Shown here: one piece after another, positions 46,838 to 56,635 of the stretch
How the letters are laid out: every line of letters begins with the position of its first letter
How positions within the stretch are numbered: position 1 is the stretch's first letter
Assembly: GCA_963422735.1 (NCBI GenBank)
Contig: OY730476.1
Span: 4,800,001 to 4,864,000, forward strand
DNA length: 64,000 nucleotides
Source: Candidatus Latescibacterota bacterium
GTDB lineage: Bacteria > Latescibacterota > UBA2968 > UBA8231
Direction: 5' to 3'
Notes under the pieces: generated by a model
Told to the model about the DNA's origin: nothing
Seen by the model: the letters and a program-made list of their open reading frames with translations, nothing else
The model's database searches: none
Program-made: the position numbers and the translations under genes

Positions 46838-49800
46838 GTGGTAAGAACCAGATGGGGTGTCCTCGCCTACTGCCTGTTGTGGGCATGGCTGCCGGCCAGC
46901 GCACAGCAAGGGTACGACATTGTCGATGACCGCATTGTCGTGGCCGGGCGCAGCCACTGGGAGCACTGGAAAAAACCCGAACACCTAACCGCTATCGACA
47001 GCGAGGGAGCGGTACGTCCGCGGCATCTGCGCTCGATCTACAACGTCCTCGCCGATCCCAGTATAGCCCGTCCGGTCGTGATCACCAACAAAGACCCGCG
47101 CATCCTCAATGTGGATAGCACTCTGAAAGTCGATGTGCTCGGCCAACCCGTCCAAGACGCCCAGAAAAAGTTCGTGTACGACTATCTGGTGCGGCCCGGA
47201 GTCAGCCGCGCCGGCTCCAACATCGAGATGGCGGCCCACATCGTCGACGGCGATCCGACCACCTTCTGGGAACCAGACCCGGACGACCCCATTGAGCGGT
47301 GGTGGGTCGAGGTCGATCTGGGCCGCGCCGTGCCCGTGGAGGGCATTTCCGTGCGCTTCGTCGAAGAGGGGCTGGGCGATCCGTTCTTCAAGTACCTCCT
47401 CCTCTTAGCACCCAATCAGACGCTATCGCTTACCGACGACCGCAAGGTCAACTTCGAGTTGTTCGTCCCCCACGAAGGCCCCAATACCCAGCAGCGCGCC
47501 TTCTTCTTTCAAAGTACAGCCGCAACCGGAGGTGCCACCCTTGCGACACCGGTCAACCCCGGCCTCGTGGTTGACTCCGGCGGCATTAGCAGTGTCAAGA
47601 AACTGCACCAAAACAGCGCCGACCCGGCCTGGACTGGCAAGATCATCGAAACCATCCGCATCGTAATAACCGACACGCGCGGCGGGCGGGCCGAGCAAAT
47701 TGACCAAGCTACGTGGGAGGTGCTGCCGGCGCATGAACGCGGCGACATCGTCCACTTCGTGCGCGACTTTGCCGGCCGCGAAGAGCCAGTGGACGCCGGG
47801 ACCTACGAATCCTTGGAGGAGGAGCGCCGCGGCCGCAGGGAATTCTACCGTAGGGAATTGCCGCGCTTGGCCGAGGTCGAGGCCTGGGGCTGGGGAGACA
47901 ACATCGGCCTCGGCCTAGTCGGCGGCGGCGGCTCCTTGGACCTGACCTCGGCTGGCAAGACGCCCGGGCCGGCCTTTGACGGGGACATCGGCAGCAGTTA
48001 TCAGCAACCCACCCAAGACCCCCTCAACCCAGGTGCCAACGTGCTGACTATCGACATTGGCGGCACAGTGTGGTTGGACCAGGTCCGCGTCATTGGCGGC
48101 AACATCCGCGGCTACCAGATGCGGTCGTCCACCGGGGAACGCGACGCCCAAGGCAAGCTGCGCTGGCGTGCGATCACCCCGCCGGAGCGGGTAACCAATG
48201 TCGATAACGGATTCTTTGGGTACCTCAACGATGTGCAGGATCCCGTGCGCAAGGTGCGCTTCCTCGACCTGTTGACGCTGGCCAACTTCATCGGCGACAC
48301 CCAAAACCGCACCGACCGCTTCTGGTCTCGCTTCAGCGAGCTGATGCTCCTTGCCGAAGGCGTGCCCGCGGAAATCGCGCTGGAGTCCGGCCTAATCGAG
48401 TTGCCCGGGCTGGTGACCTTGGGCGCAATTAGCTGGGAAGCCAACACGCCGCCGGGCACCAAAGTCGAGCTTCGCACCCGCACCGGCAGCCAGCTCATCC
48501 AGCAGGTGCGCTTCTACGACAGCAATGGCATCGAAAAGACTGCGGCCGAGCACAAGAAGCTCCTCGCCTTCCTCAAAGGGCCGATCGACACATCCTTCGC
48601 CATAGGCCCGGGCTGGAGTGCTTGGAGCCAGCAGTACCAGCAGTCCGGCGACCCAGTAACGTCGCCCAGCCTGCGCAGGTTCATGCAAATCCAGGCCCGC
48701 CTGCTCAGCGAGGACCGCCAGATCGAACCAGCGCTAGAGAGCATCTCCGTAGGGTTGCATACCCCCGTCGCCCTTGGGCTGCAAGCCGAAGTCTGGCCGC
48801 CCGAGGCCCAAGTGGGGGTGCTAGACACTTTCGAGGTCTTCGTCCAACCCCATTTCCTAGAACGGCCCTTCTCAATCCGCAGCCTCGGGTTCGACGAGAT
48901 GCTCATCAGTGCCGATCCAGGCCTCGATATGCAGCTTATTGATGTGGCAATAGGCACCGAGGAGCTGTTTGCATCTGGAAATGTCCAGCGACTTGCCGAC
49001 ATCGCGGGGGAGCAAGGCGACTCGCTCCTAGTGCGCCTCCCGGAGGTCGCCCACAGCGCTACCGACGAATTGCAGCAGCTATACTTCCGCACGGCTGCCG
49101 ATGGCGAGGAAGTGCCCACCAGCATCGACGGTCAGCTCCTGACGGCGACCTCGCACGCTTTGCTCCCAGACGCGGTGCGCGGCGCGGTGCGCTACTTCCG
49201 CAGTGCCGGAGAGGACCTAGTGGAAGTCGATCAAGCGGCCTACGAGGAGCTGCCACCCGAGTCCCAAGGGCCCGTGCGCTACTTCCGCAAGGTCGTCGGT
49301 TTGGGTAGCCAGACGCTTTTCGACGAGGCCGGCGACACGCTCAGCGCGGCCCAATACAACCGGCTGGGCCGCGCCAGAGGATGGGTCGTCGGTCGCGGCC
49401 GACTCGTGCGCCTGCGCTTTGCGTCCCAAGTCTTCCTCCACGGCACCAAGCTGAAGGTGGCGGTGCGCAACCAAGCGGCTAGCACGCCCTATCAGCCTGC
49501 TGATGCTGGCGACGCCACCGCGCTGCGACCGTCGCAAACTCTGTCGATCGCCGCGCTCGGTGCCCAGCAGATCGTCGCCAACCTCTCGGTCGCACCCAAT
49601 CCCTTCACGCCCAACGGCGACCTCGTAAACGACATCGCCCAAATCGAGTTTTCGCTGTTCAAAGTCTATGCCGAGCGGCCAGTCGCCGTCCGCATTTGGG
49701 CACTCGATGGCCGACCCATGCGCCGGCTAGAGGGCGCTGCCCAGGGCGGTCACCAGCGCTTTACTTGGGATGGGAAGGACGACCGCGGCCGCGTCGTGCC

Positions 49801-49894
49801 GCCCGGACTCTACATCTGCCAGGTCGACGTAGAAACCGACTTAGAAGACCGCGCCGGACAACGGCGATCCCACCTTATCGCGGTAGCCTATTAG
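46838..49894 (+). CDS. Large secreted protein with discoidin (F5/8C)-like segments and a C-terminal FlgD-Ig/CHU_C-like domain
   Basis: Signal peptide (ASA-QQ). IVDGDPTTFWEP...VEVDLGR, LRTRTG, PNPFTPNGDLVND...WDGKDDRGRVVPPGLY...IAVAY. Confidence 0.75.
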   Translation: MVRTRWGVLAYCLLWAWLPASAQQGYDIVDDRIVVAGRSHWEHWKKPEHLTAIDSEGAVRPRHLRSIYNVLADPSIARPVVITNKDPRILNVDSTLKVDVLGQPVQDAQKKFVYDYLVRPGVSRAGSNIEMAAHIVDGDPTTFWEPDPDDPIERWWVEVDLGRAVPVEGISVRFVEEGLGDPFFKYLLLLAPNQTLSLTDDRKVNFELFVPHEGPNTQQRAFFFQSTAATGGATLATPVNPGLVVDSGGISSVKKLHQNSADPAWTGKIIETIRIVITDTRGGRAEQIDQATWEVLPAHERGDIVHFVRDFAGREEPVDAGTYESLEEERRGRREFYRRELPRLAEVEAWGWGDNIGLGLVGGGGSLDLTSAGKTPGPAFDGDIGSSYQQPTQDPLNPGANVLTIDIGGTVWLDQVRVIGGNIRGYQMRSSTGERDAQGKLRWRAITPPERVTNVDNGFFGYLNDVQDPVRKVRFLDLLTLANFIGDTQNRTDRFWSRFSELMLLAEGVPAEIALESGLIELPGLVTLGAISWEANTPPGTKVELRTRTGSQLIQQVRFYDSNGIEKTAAEHKKLLAFLKGPIDTSFAIGPGWSAWSQQYQQSGDPVTSPSLRRFMQIQARLLSEDRQIEPALESISVGLHTPVALGLQAEVWPPEAQVGVLDTFEVFVQPHFLERPFSIRSLGFDEMLISADPGLDMQLIDVAIGTEELFASGNVQRLADIAGEQGDSLLVRLPEVAHSATDELQQLYFRTAADGEEVPTSIDGQLLTATSHALLPDAVRGAVRYFRSAGEDLVEVDQAAYEELPPESQGPVRYFRKVVGLGSQTLFDEAGDTLSAAQYNRLGRARGWVVGRGRLVRLRFASQVFLHGTKLKVAVRNQAASTPYQPADAGDATALRPSQTLSIAALGAQQIVANLSVAPNPFTPNGDLVNDIAQIEFSLFKVYAERPVAVRIWALDGRPMRRLEGAAQGGHQRFTWDGKDDRGRVVPPGLYICQVDVETDLEDRAGQRRSHLIAVAY

Positions 49895-49912
49895 GGGCGA
49901 AAAGAGAGTGCC

Positions 49913-52582
49913 ATGTACCCTGTTGCCATTAGAATGAGCATCGTTTTGCTACTCGTCGCCGCCGGAGCAGCCCAAGAGGCAGCCGGCCAAGTCGATTACA
50001 GCTCGCGCCTAGGGCTGCAACAGGGCGACGAGACTTCCTTTGCGCCCCAAGGGCCGGACGTCATGCTCGGCGTCCTCGATCCAGCGGTGCGCCGCTGGTA
50101 CGTGCCGCAGGAGCTGTACAAAGAGTACCACTGGCGCCAATGGCAGTACACCAACTACGCCCGCAACCCCTACCAGCGCTACGTCGATATTAGCCTCGAA
50201 GGCGACTATTTCTACGACCTGTACGGCAATTTTCTCACCCGGGGCTGGTTGATCTTCAACAACTCCCAGAGCAAGCCCCAGCAGTTCGGCAACTCGCTCC
50301 TCAAGTCCAACCGCTTCCAACAGTGGTTTTCCGACGTGGTCATCGCCTCAGACGCCAAGGGTCAATACTTCTACACCTTGACGACCAGCGCACAGATGCG
50401 CTCGGTGATCTCGCCGATGGTTTTTTCCAAGCCGCGCATGGACGGCGTGCAGTTCGACCTCGCCACCGACCACTATGAAGGGACGCTCATCTATTCGCGC
50501 TTGAGCAATCCAGGCGGCTCGACTACCGAAGACCAAGAAGTACTCCGCACCAACAACACCACGCTCTTCGGCGGGCGCTTCGCCTACCAGCTCAGCGACG
50601 CCTTGCAATTGGGCCTGCACGCGATCAATGCCCACCAGTCAAACACGCTTTCAGACCGCCTAGTGGGCAACCCGTTTTCCGGTGCCTTGACCGTGTCCCA
50701 AAACAAGACCGTATCGCTGATTCAGATCGTCCTGCGCGACGATTCCCCAGGCGACGAAACGGGCGGCGCCGCCTTCTTTGAGGCCGGCTCGGACATACTG
50801 ATCACCTATGAGGACGGCACCGTCGATGCCGGAAAAGACATCCAGTTTGAGCCGGTCATCGAGGGTGGCTTTGTCCAGCAGGGCTATATCGCCGCCAACG
50901 GCCCCGAGGAAATACGCCTGAGCTACGACTTAGGCAGCCCGGCCTTTGTCGATCGGGCCTCGTTTCCCAAAGAGGACATCGTCAAAGTCGAGTTCCGGCT
51001 GGTGCTAGGCAACGACTACCAGGTCTGGATGACGTCTGACCGCCAAGTCAACCGAGACGGGGAGGCCGTGCTGTTGCTCGTGGCCCAAGCCGACGGCAAC
51101 GTGCAAGACATCACCAATTTGCAGACCGTCCGCTTCGAGTACGGCCTACCGACGGCTACCCACATCTTCGGTGGCAACATCGAACTGCGCGACTACAAGG
51201 GCTTTGACCTGTACGCCGAATACGACCTGAGCGTGAGCTACCGCAAATATCCCAACGTCCTGCGCGACGAGCACCACACTGCATCTGGCATCGGCGGTCG
51301 CCGCCGGGCACCGGCTTGGATGGTGAACGCGTCCAAAAAGGCCGCCCCTTTCTTTGCCTTTGGCGAGGCGTACAGCATGGATCCGCTCTACAATACGCGG
51401 ACCTTCGTCACCACGGGCACGGGCGAAATCAACTACGACAGCGAGCGCGAGGGCATCGTCGAGCTCGTCGAAGACAACGACGACCAAGACCGCTTCCCCG
51501 ACACGGTGCGCTTTGACTGGCTCCAGGGCGATTCCCAAGTCTTCCCGGGCTGGGACCAAAACAACGACTTCGTGCCCGACATCAACCAAAACGACAACTT
51601 CGTGCGCTCCAACGCCGTGCCCGACTACGAAGAGCCTTTCCTCCGCTTCCATTCCGACCGCCCGGAATTCCTCTTCGGGATGGACATGAACAACAACTTC
51701 TGGATCGACCAATACGAAAACGACGAAGAGCCAGATTACCCCTACCGCCGCGACCACCGCGGTTACAATGTGTACGGCGGTGCAGACCTGACGCCGAGGC
51801 TCAAGGTAATGGTCGGTGCGCTGCGCGAGGAGCTCATCTCGTCGAACCAGCAAAACAAGAGTACCTACGCCCTTGTGACGTATGACAACAACTCCCCGCG
51901 CTTCGGGCGCTTGCGCTTCTTTGAAATGAGCAAATTGGTGGAGGACGACATCCCCAATTCTCTCTTGCAGTGGGCGCCGGACAACACCCTGCGCGGCGGC
52001 GAGTTGACCAAGGTCGAAGACCCCTTGCTGGCCCGCGACACCTGGGTCAACCAGCTCTTCGTAGGGCACAACCTGCAGTCGGCCTCCTATCGCGTGCAGA
52101 CCAAAGTGAACTACGTGCGCTTCCGCCAGCTAATGAGCGAAGCCCGCCGCCAGGCCCTAGAGCTAGACGAGCAAGATTTCTTCTTTGGGGTGATCAACAA
52201 GGTCAACTACCGCTATGCCTTGGGCCGGTTGAGCTTGGAACCGCGCTGGAAGAGCGAGTTCCGCAAGCAGTCGCGCAGCCTCTTCGCCCTAGAGCATTCC
52301 ACCAGCCTCTACGAGCTTTTTTCGGCCGTCGTCGAAACCCGCGTGCTGAGAGCCACTCGGATCCAGGCCGGCGTCGAGTACCTGATTTTTAACGATTTCG
52401 ACGTCGATGCCAACGATTTCAATTCCATCACCGGCGCGTTTCAGTTTACCAACCAGTCTCAGTACTTGGGGTACAGCCTCCACGCCCTAGCCGGGCTGCG
52501 CATCGAGCGCTATGACTTTAAAGAGGCTAAGGCGCGGATCACGAGTCAGACCTTTATAACGATCTACGCAGGGTTGGAATAG
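49913..52582 (+). CDS. Uncharacterised exported protein, predicted outer-membrane beta-barrel with Ca-binding-like acidic repeats (paralog A)
   Basis: Signal peptide. EDNDDQDRFPD, PGWDQNNDFVPDINQND and DMNNNFWIDQYEND motifs. Amphipathic beta-strand pattern ending TFITIYAGLE. Colinear with 58674-61286. Confidence 0.7.
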   Translation: MYPVAIRMSIVLLLVAAGAAQEAAGQVDYSSRLGLQQGDETSFAPQGPDVMLGVLDPAVRRWYVPQELYKEYHWRQWQYTNYARNPYQRYVDISLEGDYFYDLYGNFLTRGWLIFNNSQSKPQQFGNSLLKSNRFQQWFSDVVIASDAKGQYFYTLTTSAQMRSVISPMVFSKPRMDGVQFDLATDHYEGTLIYSRLSNPGGSTTEDQEVLRTNNTTLFGGRFAYQLSDALQLGLHAINAHQSNTLSDRLVGNPFSGALTVSQNKTVSLIQIVLRDDSPGDETGGAAFFEAGSDILITYEDGTVDAGKDIQFEPVIEGGFVQQGYIAANGPEEIRLSYDLGSPAFVDRASFPKEDIVKVEFRLVLGNDYQVWMTSDRQVNRDGEAVLLLVAQADGNVQDITNLQTVRFEYGLPTATHIFGGNIELRDYKGFDLYAEYDLSVSYRKYPNVLRDEHHTASGIGGRRRAPAWMVNASKKAAPFFAFGEAYSMDPLYNTRTFVTTGTGEINYDSEREGIVELVEDNDDQDRFPDTVRFDWLQGDSQVFPGWDQNNDFVPDINQNDNFVRSNAVPDYEEPFLRFHSDRPEFLFGMDMNNNFWIDQYENDEEPDYPYRRDHRGYNVYGGADLTPRLKVMVGALREELISSNQQNKSTYALVTYDNNSPRFGRLRFFEMSKLVEDDIPNSLLQWAPDNTLRGGELTKVEDPLLARDTWVNQLFVGHNLQSASYRVQTKVNYVRFRQLMSEARRQALELDEQDFFFGVINKVNYRYALGRLSLEPRWKSEFRKQSRSLFALEHSTSLYELFSAVVETRVLRATRIQAGVEYLIFNDFDVDANDFNSITGAFQFTNQSQYLGYSLHALAGLRIERYDFKEAKARITSQTFITIYAGLE

Positions 52583-52585
52583 CGC

Positions 52586-54529
52586 GTGATTTGGCGCAGC
52601 GACAACTTCGGCGCAGCTATCATCGGCATCGCGCTCATGGCCCTTTGGCCGCGCCTGACCTATCTCGATGAGGCCGAGCAAAATCCCTTCTTGGAGGTGC
52701 CGACCGCGGCGAGTACGCCCTATATCGAGGCCGCTAGGGGACCGGGGAGCGCAGCGGTTGCCAGCCCCTTGTACCCACTCTTTTTGCAGGGCCTCGTCGC
52801 CGCTGGGCTAGCGCCCCGATACGTCCAAGTCCTGCTAGGCGTGGCCAGTTGCGCGCTGTTGGCCCTAATCGGCCGCGCGCTCTGGGGACCGGGCACGGGC
52901 CTCGTCGCGGCTCTGGGCGCAGCCCTGTACGGGCCGTCTATCTATTTCACCGGCGCATTGCTGCCTCCGGTCCTCGCAGTATTTCTGGTGCTCTTGCTGT
53001 TGGCGGCGCTCTTGTGGGCCGATCAGCAAAGCGATGGGAGGGCGTTTTTAGGGGTCGGGCTTGTGCTGGGGCTTTGCTTGCTGGCCGCGCCGCAAGTTGC
53101 GCTCTTCGCGCCGGCCGTGCTGTGGTGGCTGTGGATAGGAGGAAGGCAGCGGGCGTGTTGGGCCTGTGCGCTGGGAACGGCTTGTGCGCTCGCGCTGTGG
53201 TACGTTGGGGGAGTGGCCACGGGTGCGGGCGGTTCGCCGGATCTCCTCGTGCGCGGCGGGGAGCACTTGCCCGCGCTGGATATGTACCACGCGCGGGGCG
53301 ACTCAGCCGTCCTAGCGGCCCTGCTGTGGAAATGGGGCCTCGCGTTTCCCTTCGGCTTGGTCATGCCGCTCGCGCTATTGGGCGTGGGGGTTGCCTTGTC
53401 GGCGCGGGAGCGAGGCACGTTGCTCGCACTACTATTTGTTGCAACCGGAGCGGTCGGAACCGCGCTCTACGGTGCCCATGCCGAGACGCGCATGGTGCTG
53501 GTACCCGTGCTCTTGCTCTTTGCGGTGAGTGGGGTCGGGCGACTGGCGCAGTTGTCCCGGGCGTGGAAAGGGGTAGCCGTGGCGGGTTTGGTCCTAGTCG
53601 CGGCATGGGTCAATGCCAGTACGCCCGCCATGGATCGGGCGGCACAAGCCTCGCAGCATGGCTATTTGGGTCGCGCCTACGAAGAATTGGGCATGACGGC
53701 CACGGCGATTGCCGCGTACGAAAAGGCCGTGGCCGCGGGCAGCCCCGACAAGGATGTGTATTGGGCCTTGGCGGCGCTCTACGACGCGAGCGGCAAACCC
53801 GAGCGGTCAATCGGCATTAGCCGAGCATTTGTCGCGCGTTGGCCCGCAGACGAGCGCGGGCAGCGGTCACTCGGAGATCGCTACATGGCGGCGGGCCGTC
53901 CCCAACAAGCGCGCACCATCTACCAACAGCTCGTCGCGGGCGACGGGCAGGAGGCCCTACTCGGGCGCTTGGGAGATGCACAACTGACGAGCGGTGCGCT
54001 CGACGAGGCCGCACAATCCTACGAGCGGCTGCTAACGTTGAGCCCGGACAGCAGCCGGGTGCGCTACCAACTGGCGCGCACCTACGCTGCGGGCGGGCGG
54101 TTTGCAGATGCCGAGCGATCCTATCGCCAGCTCCTAGACAGTCCGGCCTATGGCGTGCGGGCGCGGGTGGAAGCGGCCACACTCTTGCGGCACAACGGTC
54201 AGCTAGCAGCGGCCGAGCCGCTGCTCTCGCAAGCTCTGGCGCTAGCGCCAGACCACCGCGAGGGGTTGCTTCTACTCGGCGAGGTGCTCTTAGATCAGGG
54301 ACGGCCCGGCGAAGCCCGGTCCCATTGGCTGCGACTGGCCGAACTAGAGCCTCACAACTGGCGGGTCCAAGGCCACTTGAGCAGGGCGTACAGCGAGTTG
54401 GGGTGGGACGCCGAGGCGCGGGACGCACAGGTGCGCTACCAGCGGGAAAAGCGGCGTGCTCAGCTCCAGCAACGGATCGAGGTTGAGCAGAAGGTATTAG
54501 CAGAAAAAATTCGCGGGGAGAATTTATGA
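52586..54529 (+). CDS. GT-C fold membrane glycosyltransferase-like protein with C-terminal TPRs (paralog of 27429-29234)
   Basis: SPLYPLFL, AALYGPSIYFTGALLP, and LLWKWGLAFPFGLVMPLA shared with the paralog. TPR array in the C-terminal half. Confidence 0.75.
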   Translation: MIWRSDNFGAAIIGIALMALWPRLTYLDEAEQNPFLEVPTAASTPYIEAARGPGSAAVASPLYPLFLQGLVAAGLAPRYVQVLLGVASCALLALIGRALWGPGTGLVAALGAALYGPSIYFTGALLPPVLAVFLVLLLLAALLWADQQSDGRAFLGVGLVLGLCLLAAPQVALFAPAVLWWLWIGGRQRACWACALGTACALALWYVGGVATGAGGSPDLLVRGGEHLPALDMYHARGDSAVLAALLWKWGLAFPFGLVMPLALLGVGVALSARERGTLLALLFVATGAVGTALYGAHAETRMVLVPVLLLFAVSGVGRLAQLSRAWKGVAVAGLVLVAAWVNASTPAMDRAAQASQHGYLGRAYEELGMTATAIAAYEKAVAAGSPDKDVYWALAALYDASGKPERSIGISRAFVARWPADERGQRSLGDRYMAAGRPQQARTIYQQLVAGDGQEALLGRLGDAQLTSGALDEAAQSYERLLTLSPDSSRVRYQLARTYAAGGRFADAERSYRQLLDSPAYGVRARVEAATLLRHNGQLAAAEPLLSQALALAPDHREGLLLLGEVLLDQGRPGEARSHWLRLAELEPHNWRVQGHLSRAYSELGWDAEARDAQVRYQREKRRAQLQQRIEVEQKVLAEKIRGENL

Positions 54530-56592
54530 AGCACTTGCTTCTCATAAGTGCAATGGTGCTTTTGCTCGTCGGTGATTTGCAGGGGCGTCAAGTATTGCTC
54601 GTCGGCCAAGACGGCCAGATTAGTTGGGAGGGAGAAGTGGAGGCTGGGGCCGCAGTGCAAACCATAGAACCAGAGTACCGATCCACCTTGGATCCCAACA
54701 TCACCGAAATCGGCGTCGCGCCGGTCAATCTCGTCGATTTCGCCAGCGCGGATTTTCCCACCAGCATCCTGCCCCGACGCGTGCAAGAAGGCCAAAACCT
54801 CGCCGCTGAAATCGTCGAGCGCGGCGGCAGCATCCGCGCTCCGACCGTTTTCGATCTCTCCGAGTCCCAGCTACAAAACATCCTTGCGCAGATCGCGTCG
54901 CCCGATCCCAGCGGCGGGGCCTTTGAGCGCAAGGGACGAGACGTGTTGGGCACCTTGCTCGTGCTCGATTTGGGTGCGCGCTTTGGCGTCAACCAAATCC
55001 GCTTCTTCCCGCGCAATACAGTCTTTCCGTCGCCATCGACGCCCTTTCAGGAGGATTTCCTCAAAAACTTCGAGTTGCAGGTCAACGACGGCCAAGTGTT
55101 GACCGAAGCCGGCAACCCCATATGGGAGACCTTTGCGGTGCGCACCAACAACACCGACCCGGTCGCCACCATCGAGATCGACCCGCCGCGCTTTTTGCGT
55201 TTCATCCGCCTGCGCGCCACTTCATCCATCCCCTTTGAGGTGGAGAAATTCCAAGTCTTCGGCGAGGGCTTCTTTCCCACCGTGCAGTACATTTCGCCGA
55301 TAATCGACATGGGCACCCCGGCCAATTGGGGGCGCTTGCGCTGGCTGGAGGAGATTGTCGGACAGGCGAGTGCCGTGCAGATGCACATCCGCACTCGCAG
55401 CGGCAGTGACCCGTCGCCTTTCGCCTATACGCGCAAGCGAGTGGGGCGGCAAGATGCCGAGGAGATCGCGTCCTCAGTCGATGATCTCGACCAGCCACTC
55501 TTGCGCGACGAGTACCTCGACCTGCCGGCCAAGGGAGGCCCCAGCGACGTGTGGGAGCGCGGCCCCGTGCGCGACGACTTGGCCAATTGGAGTCCGTGGA
55601 CCTCGCCCTATGATCCGGCCGTGGGCACCAGTAGCGAGGGCGCGTTAGTCCTGTCGCCCGGGCCGCGCCGCTATTTCCAGTTCCGGGTTGACTTCCAGTC
55701 CGACGAGCTAGAGTCGGCCAAAATCCTGCGGCAGTTTTCCTTTGACTTCACAACGCCGCCATTGGCCGATGTCCTCGTCGGCGAGGTTTTTCCGCGCGAA
55801 GTGCCCGCGGCCGCAGACATTTCCTTTATCTATGCCGTGCGCGCCGAAATGGAGAGCGAGAATTTGCAGGGCTTCGACGGATTTGAACTGGTCACCGGCA
55901 GCCGGATAGATCGCATCGAGCGCATTGAAATCATCGACGCGCAGGGCGAGTTCCTTCTAGCGCACGACTTTGCGGTGCAAGACGCGGTCGTCGATGAGGG
56001 CGACGTGGCCATCACCGCGCTCTCGGAGCGCAGCTTTGCGGTGCGCTTCCCGCGAGTGGCCGCGCACAATACCGTGTTGAAGATCCACTTCGTCAGCCGC
56101 ATCCTCTCGTACAGTACGGACTTTGCGGGCCGGGGATTGCTGTTGCAGGAAGACGCTTTTCAGAGCGTCCAAGCCGGGGACGCCACCGCGCTGGACGAAG
56201 GCGACATTTCGTTTAAATCAGGCACTACCGTCCTGAGCCCGACCGTCAACAGCGGCAGCTTGGTGGGCAGCTTTGACCTCGCCGCGTCCGTTATCACGCC
56301 CAATGGCGACGGAATCAACGACCTCTTGGATATGGAATGCGAAGTCCTCGCGGTCGGCGGGGCACAGATTGCGGTCAATATATACGACCTAGGGGGGCGC
56401 CGGGTGCGCCGCCTTTTCAACATGGAAGGGCAGAGCGGCGTTTACAACTCGGAAAGCCTGACCCAACTGCGGTGGGACGGGACCGACGATCAGGGTGAGC
56501 AAGTGGCCTCTGGCCTCTATCTAATCCAACTCAACATCGAAGGCGATGCGCGGGCGAGTGCCAGTACGCGCACCGTTGGTGTGGCGTACTAG
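54526..56592 (+). CDS. Secreted protein with a discoidin-like domain and a C-terminal FlgD-Ig/CHU_C-like domain
   Basis: Signal peptide. LDLGARFGVNQIRFFPR, IRTRSG, WSPWT, SPGPRRYFQ, ITPNGDGIND...WDGTDDQGEQVASGLY...VGVAY. Confidence 0.78.
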   Translation: MKHLLLISAMVLLLVGDLQGRQVLLVGQDGQISWEGEVEAGAAVQTIEPEYRSTLDPNITEIGVAPVNLVDFASADFPTSILPRRVQEGQNLAAEIVERGGSIRAPTVFDLSESQLQNILAQIASPDPSGGAFERKGRDVLGTLLVLDLGARFGVNQIRFFPRNTVFPSPSTPFQEDFLKNFELQVNDGQVLTEAGNPIWETFAVRTNNTDPVATIEIDPPRFLRFIRLRATSSIPFEVEKFQVFGEGFFPTVQYISPIIDMGTPANWGRLRWLEEIVGQASAVQMHIRTRSGSDPSPFAYTRKRVGRQDAEEIASSVDDLDQPLLRDEYLDLPAKGGPSDVWERGPVRDDLANWSPWTSPYDPAVGTSSEGALVLSPGPRRYFQFRVDFQSDELESAKILRQFSFDFTTPPLADVLVGEVFPREVPAAADISFIYAVRAEMESENLQGFDGFELVTGSRIDRIERIEIIDAQGEFLLAHDFAVQDAVVDEGDVAITALSERSFAVRFPRVAAHNTVLKIHFVSRILSYSTDFAGRGLLLQEDAFQSVQAGDATALDEGDISFKSGTTVLSPTVNSGSLVGSFDLAASVITPNGDGINDLLDMECEVLAVGGAQIAVNIYDLGGRRVRRLFNMEGQSGVYNSESLTQLRWDGTDDQGEQVASGLYLIQLNIEGDARASASTRTVGVAY

Positions 56593-56635
56593 GATTTATG
56601 TGATTTGCACCCCACCGCGTGGGGATTAAAAAGAA

